Part shown: one piece after another, positions 1-12,200 of the stretch
How positions within the stretch are numbered: the first letter of the stretch is position 1
Layout of the letters: the number at the start of each line of letters is the position of its first letter
NCBI GenBank assembly: GCA_965153285.1
Contig: OZ229111.1
DNA from: Podarcis tiliguerta
Lineage: Eukaryota
Length of the DNA stretch: 64,000 nt
Strand: one strand, 5' to 3'
Made by a program: the position numbers and the translations under genes
Notes under the pieces: model-generated
Databases searched by the model: none
Told to the model about the DNA's origin: nothing
The model's input: only the letters and a program-made list of their open reading frames with translations

Positions 1-264
1 TCAGACTAATCTGTCTTTCCATCCTGATCCCTCCTTGGTATGTCCAACTAACACATAGGAGAAAACACTACCGAGAGCTTCTACTCACTTTCATCACTAG
101 CTGTAAGTGCCCATTGAGCCCAAAGATTTGGCATTAGTGTAACTTGTTCTGTATGCAATACCCTGGAAGTATTATACCAAATGATTCTGAAACACACCTG
201 TAAAGGCCCAGATCAGGCTGAAAACTTTTTGAGCACTGCTCCCTTAATTTTGTTGCTGAGATCC

Positions 265-755
265 ATCAAAAGACAATGGATTGCGCCTCCAGGGGCGTAG
301 TCAAACCGCAGCATTAGCAGCACCAAAGTGACCTCCCTGGGCACAAGCCTAGGCAGTGTGCATGGGGGTCCTGGACTGCCCAGATGACAGAACCGCCTCT
401 CAGCCTCGCTGATGTGGTCCAAAAGAAAGCAGAGTAATACATTTGGCACCAGCTTGGCTGCAGAAGTTGCCAGAAAAGCATACAAGGCACCATCTGACTG
501 TCTTAGAGACTCCGGATTTGTGTAAGGTTACTCCTTAGCCTCTCTTCTCCCAAAGATATACCACAAGGCAGAAGTTTAGTTTTCTTTTTCCTAGATGGGC
601 TACATTTCCAGGTTGAGGAGCTCCATCCGCCCTCACTTGCATGTGCAGAAACCACCTTCTTGATTATTGGTCTCATCCACTCAATCCTCCAGATCCTGTC
701 TTTGCGTGCAGAGAAGTCCCTAACTCATCAAGGGTTTGAGACCCATCAGCTACCC
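265..755. mobile_element. Probable interspersed repeat fragment (RTE-LINE-like 5' region)
   Basis: Resembles squamate repeat sequence by recall (ctagatgggctac...caggttga); no intact ORF. Confidence 0.35.
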
Positions 756-788
756 TTAAAGTACAGTTGCATTACCAGAACAATCAAC

Positions 789-964
789 CTAGGAAGCTGC
801 CTTATACAGAGTCAGACCTTTGGTCCATCTCGCTCAGTACTGTCCACCCAACTAGCAGCAGTTTTCCGGGATTTCATCCACAGTCTTTTCTGGAAATGTC
901 AGGGATTGAACCTAGGATCTTTCACTTGCAAGGCAGATGCCCTGGGACTGAGCTACGACCCTTC
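789..964 (-). mobile_element. Squam3-type tRNA-derived SINE
   Basis: Reverse strand reads GTAGCTCAGT...GGTTCAATCCC (A/B boxes) and ends in a TATAAGGCAGCTTCCTA tail. Confidence 0.75.
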
Positions 965-3900
965 ACCACGGACTACTTTGCTGATCAGACAGTGCAAATG
1001 TATATAGTGACGCATGTGGGTCATGACAGAGAAATGTAAAAGCAAGCTTAGGTATCTCTTCCTACGCAGAGCTTCATTCATTACCTTTACGGTAATAGGT
1101 TTCTGTGAGATTCAGGTTCCTCTCCCCGCTTCCTCTTCCCAGGGCTCAGCAAACTGTAACTATGAAGTGAAAGAAGTCCATTGGCATGCTCTAGAAGTGT
1201 TATTACACAAACCTACAGTGCTCTGAATAGAAAGAAGGAAAGCATCCCCCCACTTTCCTTTTTTCTGGTGACATGAAAGCAGCAGCAGACATCACACATT
1301 TACTAATTCCACTCTCAATTATTTCTACTGCTGCACTTTAAAATGTCTAGAGGGGCTACAATTCTGCAAATACTTACCCACGAGCAGCAGGCGCAGCATA
1401 TAAATCCCATTATATGCCATAAAATGATCAGGCGTCAAATCTGCACTGCACATTTCCCACAAGTTAGGAATGTGACTCATCTGAGATGATGTAATTAAAA
1501 TCCTTCAAAGGATTATTTTCAGCCCTTGTTTCTCAAGAAGTTCCAATGACTTTAGGGAATAGCAGCTACTTCTATGAGTACTATGACTGTGTCTCGCAAC
1601 CTTTAAGTGTCCAAAGGGATACTACAAAATCATGTTCTGTTTCCAGTCCAATTTAACTGGGCAGGGGAAGGGCAGAGTAGGAAAACACAGCATAGCAAAG
1701 ATGCCTCGTTATGGCATTTTAATAAATTACAGGACTATGTAGTCAGTAGCTTCATTCATAACTTAATAGGGAAGAACGGTTTAAAGCACGGACTGTTTAA
1801 AGCAGATCAGCTGGGAATCCTGATCACACAGCCCAATCCTGCAGAAAGCCAGTTTTGCGAAGCCTATATTTGGCACTTTGCCAAGCACAGAACTGGCAAA
1901 TCACCTTATGCTGTGGTTCCCACATGCCATGCAAGGTACTTTGATAGGTGGGTGGGATAACCCTCTGGCATTTGTCAGGTGGTCGACAGGCGAGTTGTTC
2001 CTTGCACCTAAGATGGCCCATGAGGGTGAGGATTGCAGTCTTGCCTACCTTGCTAAAAAACCTCTTCGTCAATACAAGGAATTCATGTTTGCTTTACAGG
2101 AATTCAGTAGCAACCCAAATCTCACACAAGTTACATCGACATTGGCTTTCACCTTTAGTATACATGTGAGGCAGACTGGAGGAGACTCCTCATTCTGGTT
2201 ATCTCCACACATACCCATCTCATGCTAGATGGGGCCTGTGATTGGCTCCTACCAGCCAACTCTGTCTCTTCAGGAGCCCAGTTGGCTTCCACCCACTGGT
2301 GGCACAATGCAGGAAGGGTGAGATATCTAGTCTGGCTTCTCCATTGAAAAGTCTCATGTTTCTTGCAAGATAGAATTTCTGTTGGTGGTCTTTAATTCAA
2401 GACATGTCATTCACATACACAAGTTACTACTTGAAGTGCAGTCATCAACTAATAGGACTTGCATAAATCAATTTGATGCTTGTTGACATGTTTATCAAGG
2501 AGTACGTATTATTATTTTCAGCCAGTCTTGCACTAGAGTATGGTTGGAGGGGTCCCCTTCTGTATAAGCAAGGGCTTTTGTTAGGAACAGATTCTGTCTC
2601 TCTTCACCTTCACCAGGCTTATATTATGCAAGATGAAGTTTAAATTGACACCCTGCACAGCTACCTCATGCAGATGGTTCCCGGTTGGAATCAGGAACTT
2701 GTTGTCATTCAAAGTACGTTGCTGTGTTTGTGTCAACAGCACTGAAGGCCTCCATCAGAGGTGAATCTTCCTAGTGTGGTGACCTTGTCCTGTTTGATGT
2801 TTTGGAAAATAGCATCAAGGAAACCGTGCAGAGACTAAGCTCCACAGTCTAAATAAAGTTGTTAAAAAAGTAGCAAACCGTCAATCAGTGAGGATTATCT
2901 TCACCTTCTTGATTACTCTTCCAGAAATAATATCTTACCAAATTCATCCTTAGTCAGACAAGAGAAACTCATCCCCCCAGTACTTACTGAGCTTTAAGAA
3001 TCTGATTCCCAAAAGTGGTTTTCAACAATTATATATACACTAGTGGCACAACTGCAACAAAGTACCACTAAGTAAATGTATGTAGAGTACCCTATAGTTT
3101 AGTGACAGGTAGCACACACTGCAGGCCAGCTGCCGCATATTTAACGTGGAAGCCCCATGCATACAGATATAATCAAGGAGACACTCTTAACAGTCCACGT
3201 GACACACGTAAGGCTGATTGAAGTCCATAAAAGTACTTTGGCCTAAATTCGCATGACCACATCTTCATGGTAAAATATTAATCAAATCTGGCATTATCAT
3301 CAAATGCACCTTTTGAAACAATCTTAAAACGCCTTTGCCACTGGCGTTATTTGCACAGGAACATGTAGCATTGTGGATATTTTCTTCAAATGCACAGATA
3401 ACTTCTAGGTCAGCTTTGGCTTCACGAGGACGTGGAGCAAATGCAATAAATTATTCTTTCAGACTAATTTGGTTAATGCTGCTGTCTCCAAATCCAAGTT
3501 CTAGTACACTATCAATAGCAAGTGTGACAAGGTATGATATTCTGAAGACAGAAACTGTGAGATTGAAGAGTTACCTATAGACAACTATTTCACTATAACC
3601 CATACACCATTCTAGAAAAACCGTTCTCCAGATTTTATTTACATTTTGCACCCGCTTGAGACATCAACGTTCACTGTCAGTCTGAATTTATTTATTTTTG
3701 CATGTATCTTAGGTCTTCAGAATAAAGCTAGCTGAACTCTTTCTCCTTACATTCGTAAGGATGTCTACAGAACCTTATGTGATCAGGTTTGACAGGAATC
3801 AAGGTGCTTTCTAGGCACAAGACTAGTGGAAGTGTGGATGAGCCCTAAGAGACAGAGGTTCCATCCTGTGCTGATCTTCGTAGGTGCTTCCATATACTTC

Positions 3901-5994
3901 CCCCTTCTCCCAAGTAGCCTCCTGTGCAGGTAGCTGAGCACTTTGGTGGTAGCTCTGAAGCTTCTGCTAGGCTCCCCATCTTGGCTCCTGTGGTGTTGGG
4001 AGACAAGGGGTGGGACACGAAGAGATGGCCTGGAACCCAGTCAGCTGGTATGGTGACCTGGAATAGGGATACAAAAATCTCTTCAGGATCACTGGTGGTG
4101 TAGAGATCTGCTGGGGAATTCTGATGTCCCTGTTCCTCCACTGAGGAGACCTCATATTCCAGGATGAGAAGAGCTGAACAATGGCAAATTCACACACTGT
4201 AAACCTTACATCAGCTCTGTATTATCCCCATCTTGAAGAGTAGAATGTTGGATGAAAGAGAGAATGCTGCTAGCTTGAGCTATCGGAAAAAGATTCCCAG
4301 CCTCAGTGCCCTTCTGGGAGGACCTAAAAAGTGGTTTCCTCCCACTTATGCAACAGCACCTGCTCTCCCTGCACACCCCTCTCCCAGTTGGTCCTGGGGT
4401 TTTCCCAACCCTCCAGAGCAAACAGGGAGGTGGGGGCGGGGGAGAAGAGAGGAAGTGGAAGCCCTGTTGTGTAGGCAAGACAACTTTCTTGGATACAACC
4501 CAATGGCTCCACTTACTCTTCTCTCTTTAACTGCAACTAGATGTAAAGAAATGAGCAGGTAAAAAGTTATGTAGCATGGAGACATCGTATGATCTGTTAA
4601 TATTTATGCGTCAAGATGCATTGTAAAAACACAGCTATAGGAGCTAGCTTAGGCTTCCAGAATGGCAGCTGAAAATAAGTGACAGGAAGCAGAGGCAGAT
4701 ACCAGCAGTTCAGGCTGGAATCAAGACTGAAATTCAGGCAGTTTGCATCATTTGGGTCTCCTGACTACTCTTTCCCTTTATATTATAAGCGAAAGTTAGT
4801 AATTAGCGTTAGACAATCCAGTCTTCCTCCTACTCTCTGTGACTCATGATAGGGAGGGTGCATGCAGGTGGAAATGGTTTTCCACTTTAAACAAATGAAG
4901 ACTCAAAATGTTTCCTTTGAACTTTCTTTTTATGTATGCTTATGCAGTGGTGCAGATTTTGTATTCAGTACAGAACTTGGGCAGCTTTCTGCCCACCACT
5001 CTACATTTTTTTAAAAAATAGGTTAAGCAGTTACACATAGAAATGTACAGTCAATATCACGCTACTGACAAAACTTCATAGGGTACACTTTTTGTCCTAA
5101 GTGAGCAGACTACAGAGTCTACTTGCACAAAATGAGTAGGTAGGAATGGAGCATTTCTTGTGCCAAATGTTAAAGGTTAGAACTTCCTTCTGAATTCAGA
5201 TGCAAGTAGCTTGACTCTATCAAATTGCATCTTGTTTTTATACACATCTTAGCTTAATGTTTAAAATCCATATCCATATTCACACACAAGTCAGTTTCAC
5301 AAGAACAGTTGATGGGAAATATTAAGATTTACAAGTAGATGCTGTTATCCTAAACTGGCTTAAACGGAAGCACTTAAAGTTAAGTTTTGGAAATCAGGCT
5401 GAGAGCTACCAGAAGTATATTAAGCACACATTTTACAATAAAGAAGTGCTTTGCAATACAGGATAGTGGTATATACAAAGCATGAGGTAAAAGAATGACA
5501 CTTGTACTAACTTTTATAATTCCTGATCTTATTTTTACCTACCAGAATATAGATTTCCAGAACTGTATTTTCAGAATCTTTTTTGAAGGTGTCATTAACT
5601 TTCAAACTTAACGAAGTCCAAACGTGCAGCTCAGCTTCTTCCTACCATTCCATGTTCTCAATATCCCGTTTTTTTTCTCTTTTAACAAGTAAAGGAAATG
5701 TTGTACCCTTAGAGAACAGTCCATAAAGAAACAAAATACTTTCCCTCAAGGTAACAATAAAGGCCCCCAAACTATATTTTCAGGTGTTTTAAATACACTG
5801 TGACAATAAAGCTGCAGTTTAGAAGATTATGTACCACTGACAAACAAAATGGTTAGAAAGAAAATAGCTACTGAAATCACTGGGGCATAAGCATAATATA
5901 AAGAACATCAGTCCCATTCATTCAGATAGGACTTAGGTGTCCATTTCTTTTTTCTTTTTTACTGAACCCACTGTCCATACAATGCAGCTGCAGG

Positions 5995-6140
5995 GCAGGC
6001 TTCTTCCCCAACCTGGTTTCCTCCTGATGTCATTGGACTCTAAGTCCCATCATCCCTGACCACTGTTCATGCTTCCTGGGATGATGGGAACTGGGAGGGA
6101 GTCCAGCAACATCTGGAGGACACCGGGTTAAGAAGGCTGC
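5995..6140. mobile_element. Short palindromic hAT-type MITE (ccagatgt..ggactacaactcccatc..gatgggagttgtagtcc..acatctgg family)
   Basis: Imperfect internal palindrome; related copies near 10040, 15810, 16620, 17750, 18355, 26940, 30068, 31820, 34918, 41385, 53663, 57480 and 63085. Confidence 0.65.
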
Positions 6141-6228
6141 TGCTGAGGTTTCCAGAAAGTGCTCCCCTCTCTTTCTCTCCCCTACCCCACATTACATGCA
6201 GCAGTGCTTACCTATTGTTCCTGTAGAT

Positions 6229-6254
6229 CTAGCATTTTGAACTGGTAATAATAT
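6229..6254 (-). CDS. MEIKIN: MEIKIN last coding exon (DIITSSKC-stop)
   Basis: Acceptor ttctttttcag, phase 1; DII matches the human terminus DIIIKMA; TAG at 6231-6229. Confidence 0.82.
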
Positions 6255-9200
6255 CTGAAAAAGAAATCAATTTGCATTGGGAATTAACTTCAATTTCACT
6301 TTTTGGAGAAAACATATCACTTTAATTGACTTACAGAGCTATCCAGTCTCCCTGCTTCTGCCACCCAGGAGACCCACCAGCATATCTACAACCTGGCCTG
6401 GAGGTGCCAGACAGAACCTGGGATCTTCTTTCTGCATGAAAGCATCTCATCTACACTGGCAGTGGTTCTCCAGAGTTTCAGACTAGAGACATTTCCAGTT
6501 CTACCTGGGCAAGCCAGGGGCTGAACCCTGGAACCTTTTGCATACGAAGCAGATGCTCCACCATTCAGCTACATCTCTCACAATGTTTGAGAAATCATGA
6601 TTTGCCCAGTGACTTGGCAAGTTCTGGGCTGAGCTGGGCTTTGAACCCAAGTCCAAGCCCAATGTCCTTCATATCCCCAGCAATTTGTTTTGTAGATTCA
6701 AACAGAGAAGGGAAGTTTTGTGGCACGGCATATACTTACACGTAAGGATTCCTCCAGTCAGAAATAGGAGCTTCGACAGTTTACAACAACAACCAACAAC
6801 AACAACCACCCCAAATCTCTTCCTTGTGTAAGGAGTTCTCACAATAAATACATATTCTGTATCCCCTGTCCTGCTTTACCTTCAGTTGCTCCTGATGGGT
6901 GAAACACTCTTTTTCTTTTCAGTGGGTGTTGGAGAACTTTCAGTGGTCTAGATCCTGGTGAAGCTTTAATGATACAGCAGATTTCTGGAGGGTTACGTAG
7001 ACACTGAAAGAAATGGAACAAAACTTAGGCCGTCCTACAAGGCATAGACTGGGCTTTGATGCAGCACTGAATTATGAACCAATAGCTTTGGGCTCGCATG
7101 CTCCCTCTCCCCTTTTCTCCTCCAGAGGGGCCACGAGGAAAAACCTGGAAGCATTTGCTTCCATTTAAGCAAAGCAGAGTTCCTTTGTTTGCATCTTAAC
7201 TCGGAAACTCAAGAGTTCAAAAACAGTTAGACAGAAAGTCAGGATTGTAAATTATATTTGATCCTGACAAAGTATCATTTATGCTAGTCAGAGAACTCTC
7301 AAGTTTGAATATAATGAGGAATTATGGTTGGTTTAAAAGCAAAAGCTTCCCGTCCCCTTTAAAGGTAAAGGTCCTTTAAAGGCTGGCAGGAGCTGGGACT
7401 GAACAACGGGAGCTCAGGTCACCCTGTCGAGGGGATTCAAACCGCCGACCTTCCGATTGGCAAGCCCTAGGTTCAGGGGTTTAGACCACAGCGCCACACA
7501 CGTCCCCATGTCCAGTCCCCTTTAGGCTGCACCAAAGGAGAAGGGAGTTCACAAGCTCAAGGCTTGGTGCTGATCACACTAAACTATGGTAGTAATTTTA
7601 ATATCTGGAAAAAGCCATGTTATGTAGGACATTCCGCCAACAGGAAGGTGCCCTAAATATGTTCACTACAAACATACTCTTTTCACCCCCTACAGGCTCT
7701 GGGTGGAAAAAACCCCTGGTTCTGCTATTTTTTCAGCAAAAGTGCATCGTCTTAAAAGTTTAAAATAATTAAGATGTGGCCAAGTACTGCGTATTCTTGC
7801 TTGTGCTTTTTTTTTTTTTAAATGCAGCTCTACATTGGACTTTCTTTGTGGCAGCTGCTTGTATAATCAAACAGGTTTGGGACAGGCCTCACAACATGAC
7901 TTTTATTTAAATATCCTGTCTTCACTTACCATAGATAGGCAATTTTGAGTTTTGGAATCATTTGACATGTTCTCCTGCCTTGTCTATTTAAAAGTATGTA
8001 CACACCCCCCCCCCCCTAAGTATGTTTGGTTAGCACTGCTGCAAAGGGAAAAATATAATAGAGATATTACCTGATGAGTAACATTTTCTGGAGACAGGGA
8101 AGCAGGAATGACTTCTTTTGAATTTACATTTGAACGACTTGTGCTTGGCAAGGAAGCTTCACCGAGTGAGACTTTATGCACTGATGAAGAGTCCAACTAT
8201 ATCAAAACAAAACAAAAATGTACAGCACTCTCATTAATACGGATCTAAGATCCTTCAAATAAAAGGTGAAGCAAGCTTTCAAATGAGTCCCCTCCTGGCA
8301 TCCTATACTGTGCATATACAGCCTGTCTGAGTCATGAGGAAAAATGACAATTAGCCTTCTCTTTGTCAGTATGTGACTGTCACAGGTCACTCAGCTTCTT
8401 TCTCCCAGCACACTACTATAGCCCTAGGGGGTAACTGCAGTTGTTTGTCAGAAGGAAGACAAAAGGACACTTGCATACTGCTTTTCTGAATTGAGTGGAA
8501 CATTTAGTGTAATACTTGAGAATCTCTGAATATATACTTATCTGTCGTCAGGATGACCTAAACTACTGATAAGGCAAATGAAGGCAATCTTAGTTTGTTT
8601 GTGCTTCTTTTCTTTCCTTTTAAAAACAGCTAGTGTGGCACATTGAACAGAGTAGACCAGGAGTGAAATCTACACACTACCACAAAGCCAATCGCTATCT
8701 CTTTTAAGCCTTTTGTGTATCTTAAGAGATGCATGTTTAATAAATAATAATAATAATAATAATAATAATGATGATGAAATAGTAAAGAGGAAGAAAAGAA
8801 ATTAGTTTATGGTTTGAACAACAGGTAAGTGGTGATGTATAGCTTTTCCCCTACCCTCTGGCTACCAGTACCAACATCTATTTTGCCACATATTTGGAAG
8901 CCGCAACGGTTATATATGTGCAATTTTTATATGAATGCAAGTACTTTTCTTCCTGCATGATGATTATTTTCTACACAGAAAAGGTATTGCCTAAAGTGGC
9001 CCCCAGATTTCAAAACAGCTACTAGCACATACAGTACTGAGAAACATTTCAAAAGCCAGGAAATGATGCAGATAAATGAGATATAACTTTTGGCCCACAA
9101 AACTGGTTTGAAAATGGCCGTCTGAAACTGATACAAACAACAGCACCAAGACCCTGATGTTTTAAATATAAACACATTTCAATGCATTGTATCATTCACA

Positions 9201-12200
9201 TGGAAATAAATGCAAATGGTTACATTTGTTTTGAGCTTATTTTGCTCTAAATCTTCTGTCTGTAGAAGTGCTGCCCTTGTTAACAGCGCTTTATTGTTTC
9301 TTATGTTCACCGCTCTGGATCTGCTCTCCGATACAGACATAAAAGTTTATCAGAAGCAAATAGCAAGAGCAATCTGTTCTGCTGTTAATTTTAAAATATT
9401 TAATTTCCTTCATATAAAACATCTACCTGCAGCCCATCCAGTTTCCAAATTGAATTCCTTTATAAGAGAGAAATCCATTTTAAACAGATAACCAGATTTT
9501 CCTGTAAACAGAATGCTTTGGTTGTATCGCAGGATACTCTGAATTCATTCTGAAAGCAAAATGTCAAGTGAACATGTCTGAGAAGACTCTGGGCTCATCC
9601 AGACTTCCTTTTGTGCCGTGTTTCTAGGCATAGGTCTGTGCTTTAATGCCCCCCATCCAAGCACTTTTATTTTTGCGCCAGTTCTTTTCCTGCAAAGCCC
9701 TACTTTTTATCACTGAATCAGAGCGAATGGCAATTTACCCCAAACCCGAATTGCCATTTGTTTTGATTCTGCATTAAAGAGAGAGTTTTCCTGGGGAAAG
9801 CGTGGGGGGGGGGGAGGGAGTGCTCAGACACTGAGCTTTAAAGCCCAGACCTGCGCCTAGAAAGCAGGGGGCAAAAGATAAGTATGGAAAAGCCAACTGA
9901 AGCACTACTTCCTGTTTCCTGAACACTAAGTACACCTATCAGTGGAACCATGCCAAAGGGGAGAGAGACTCCCAATTTTGAAGAGGGTTTATGGGTCCAA
10001 TTCAGTCCATAGACCACAAAAGGCTCATCCATATTGTTTAACATGACCCAACCTCCCATTAGCCCTAGCCAGTGTATCCAATAGTTAGAGACGATGGAAG
10101 ATGGGGTCCAACAACATCCCAAAGACCCCAGGCCTCCCGACACCTAGTTTAACTAGTGCCACTTTTATCTTTTGCCAGCTTTTGCGTTGTAATTTCCCAT
10201 AGCACCATTCAGTATAGTTTCTGCATCTCTTAGCCTTGCAACAACTCTCTAACCCCCAAGTGCAGCACTCCCCATTCCCTTAAAGCTTAGCAGTTGAAAA
10301 CAACTTACCATGCCAGTACCTGGCTGTGCAGAGCCTAAGGTTTCAGCTGCGATTTCGCAAAATTTGGCTGGACCCAATACATAAGGAGAGGATGAGGATG
10401 AGGATGAGGAAAACAGTACTCTTTTTGTGCACTTCATTTTCCTGGGTTGCTGATCTTTAGTCTACAGAAACATGAAGAATTGTATAGTAGTATCATCAAC
10501 ACTTGTAAGGGACGTACTTAAAAGTGTTTTATACAGCACTTTGAGCAATTGAAGTGCTTTGTATACATCTCAGTAATTCTTATGAACAATAGCATGATGA
10601 AAATCTCACTTATTATCCTCATGTTGCAGGGGAGGGAGAAAGAGATAGCAGCTTGCTGAAGGCCAACTAGTAATCTCATGGCAGAGGAGAGATGAGATTT
10701 AAATCAAGGTTTTAGTCGCTGCACTATACTTCATTAGGACTAGGATCACATGACAGTCCCTGGAAGACGGCCAGCCAATAGAGTGCTTGACCCATTTTAT
10801 GTTCACTAAAAACATGACATTTGTTCCAAATGACCTCAGCACAGAATGCTAACAATTCCCAATTCCAAAATCTCAGTGTGAGGCAAAAAGGGCAATGTGA
10901 GGAGCAATCTAGAGATCTGCTATGAAGCTTGTCTTTGCACAGTTTTTTCTTTTAACAAATAGCTTTCTTTTCATCATGAACAGAAGCCACCCTTTATTTT
11001 GATCAAGACCACACACACACAAACATATTTGTAAATGGAAAATTCTGCAAGGGAGTGGTTTCCCCTCTACTTTGGCCTTTTCACTGAACTCACACTGTCA
11101 ACTATTTAAGGAGTTACACAGAAGAAAAGATAGCCACGCCCACTTAGAAGAACAAGTAATAGCTATTGACTAGTGATTCTAGATGGGAAGTGGTTTCATA
11201 TTATGTAAAAAGCTTAGTTGAATGATAAGCCGGGAGCACCTTTTCTATAATATATGAAAAAACTGAATTTGTACCACTAGGGCCCAGTGAGTTTCTTTTG
11301 CGGATGCCTCAGGTATAGCAGCTTCTTTCTCCAAAGGTTTACCAAATTTAGAGCCTAAGTTACCAGAACATTTTTATTTGGGTGGCTATTTAAGACAGGT
11401 TGAAGGGACAACCTTAATTCTGCTATTTTATAATTGGATGTTCCATGATTTCCACAAGGTCAACTTGAAATCCAACTTCAAAAGAAAGAAAACAAGAGGT
11501 GCTTAATCATTACCCACCCAAATAATTCAATTTACAATGGAATACAGAAAGCTGACCCAAAAAGTGCATGGGGAGGACCAAGGAAGAATTGTGAGAGCAG
11601 AGTCAGCAAGCAGGGGAAGGGTTAACAATCCCACTGCGCCACCATAGCATGACCTATTCTGAAGTTGTAACATCAAGTGTAGCCCCCTTCACTCATCACT
11701 GGCACTAAGGTGCCACCATGTGATTACTGCTTGAGCTCTTGCCCCTTGGGCAGGGTGGCTGATCCAGGGTAACAGAATGCTCATCTAAAGATGGGGCCAG
11801 GCAGTGTGCCAGGACTACAGCCCCATCCCCAGTAAACCCATGATGACCCCTTACTGGATTTTTAAAAAAATGAATGAAAGGACTACAGTCAACTGGAGAT
11901 TATTATCACACTTCTGTCCAGATTCATCTACAGTATGAGATTAAGTGTCTCATACTCTACCGAGCTATCTTTCCATGGTTGTGTCACTACAGTTAGTTGT
12001 CCACCACACCACTATCCCAATTCACACATGGCAACCTATGAACATTAAACTCGTCACCTTTTTCGTTTGTTTTTGAGGCAATAAGGAGGCTCCAAAAGAT
12101 TGCAACTCAGGTGTCTTTTCCTTTGCAGGCAAAATTTTGCACACTTGTTTGCCTGAGAAAACAGGAAGAAAAATAATTCTTCAATTTGACTGTGCAAATT

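Noticed and set aside
789-964. tRNA-like A/B boxes here and in other SINE heads
   Set aside because: These are SINE-derived; no complete cloverleaf, so not called as tRNA genes.
3190-3580. Coding-looking stretch downstream of MEIKIN (possible FNIP1 or other exon)
   Set aside because: The best reverse frame contains stops and no recognisable motif; no FNIP1 sequence or CpG-island promoter was seen in the window.
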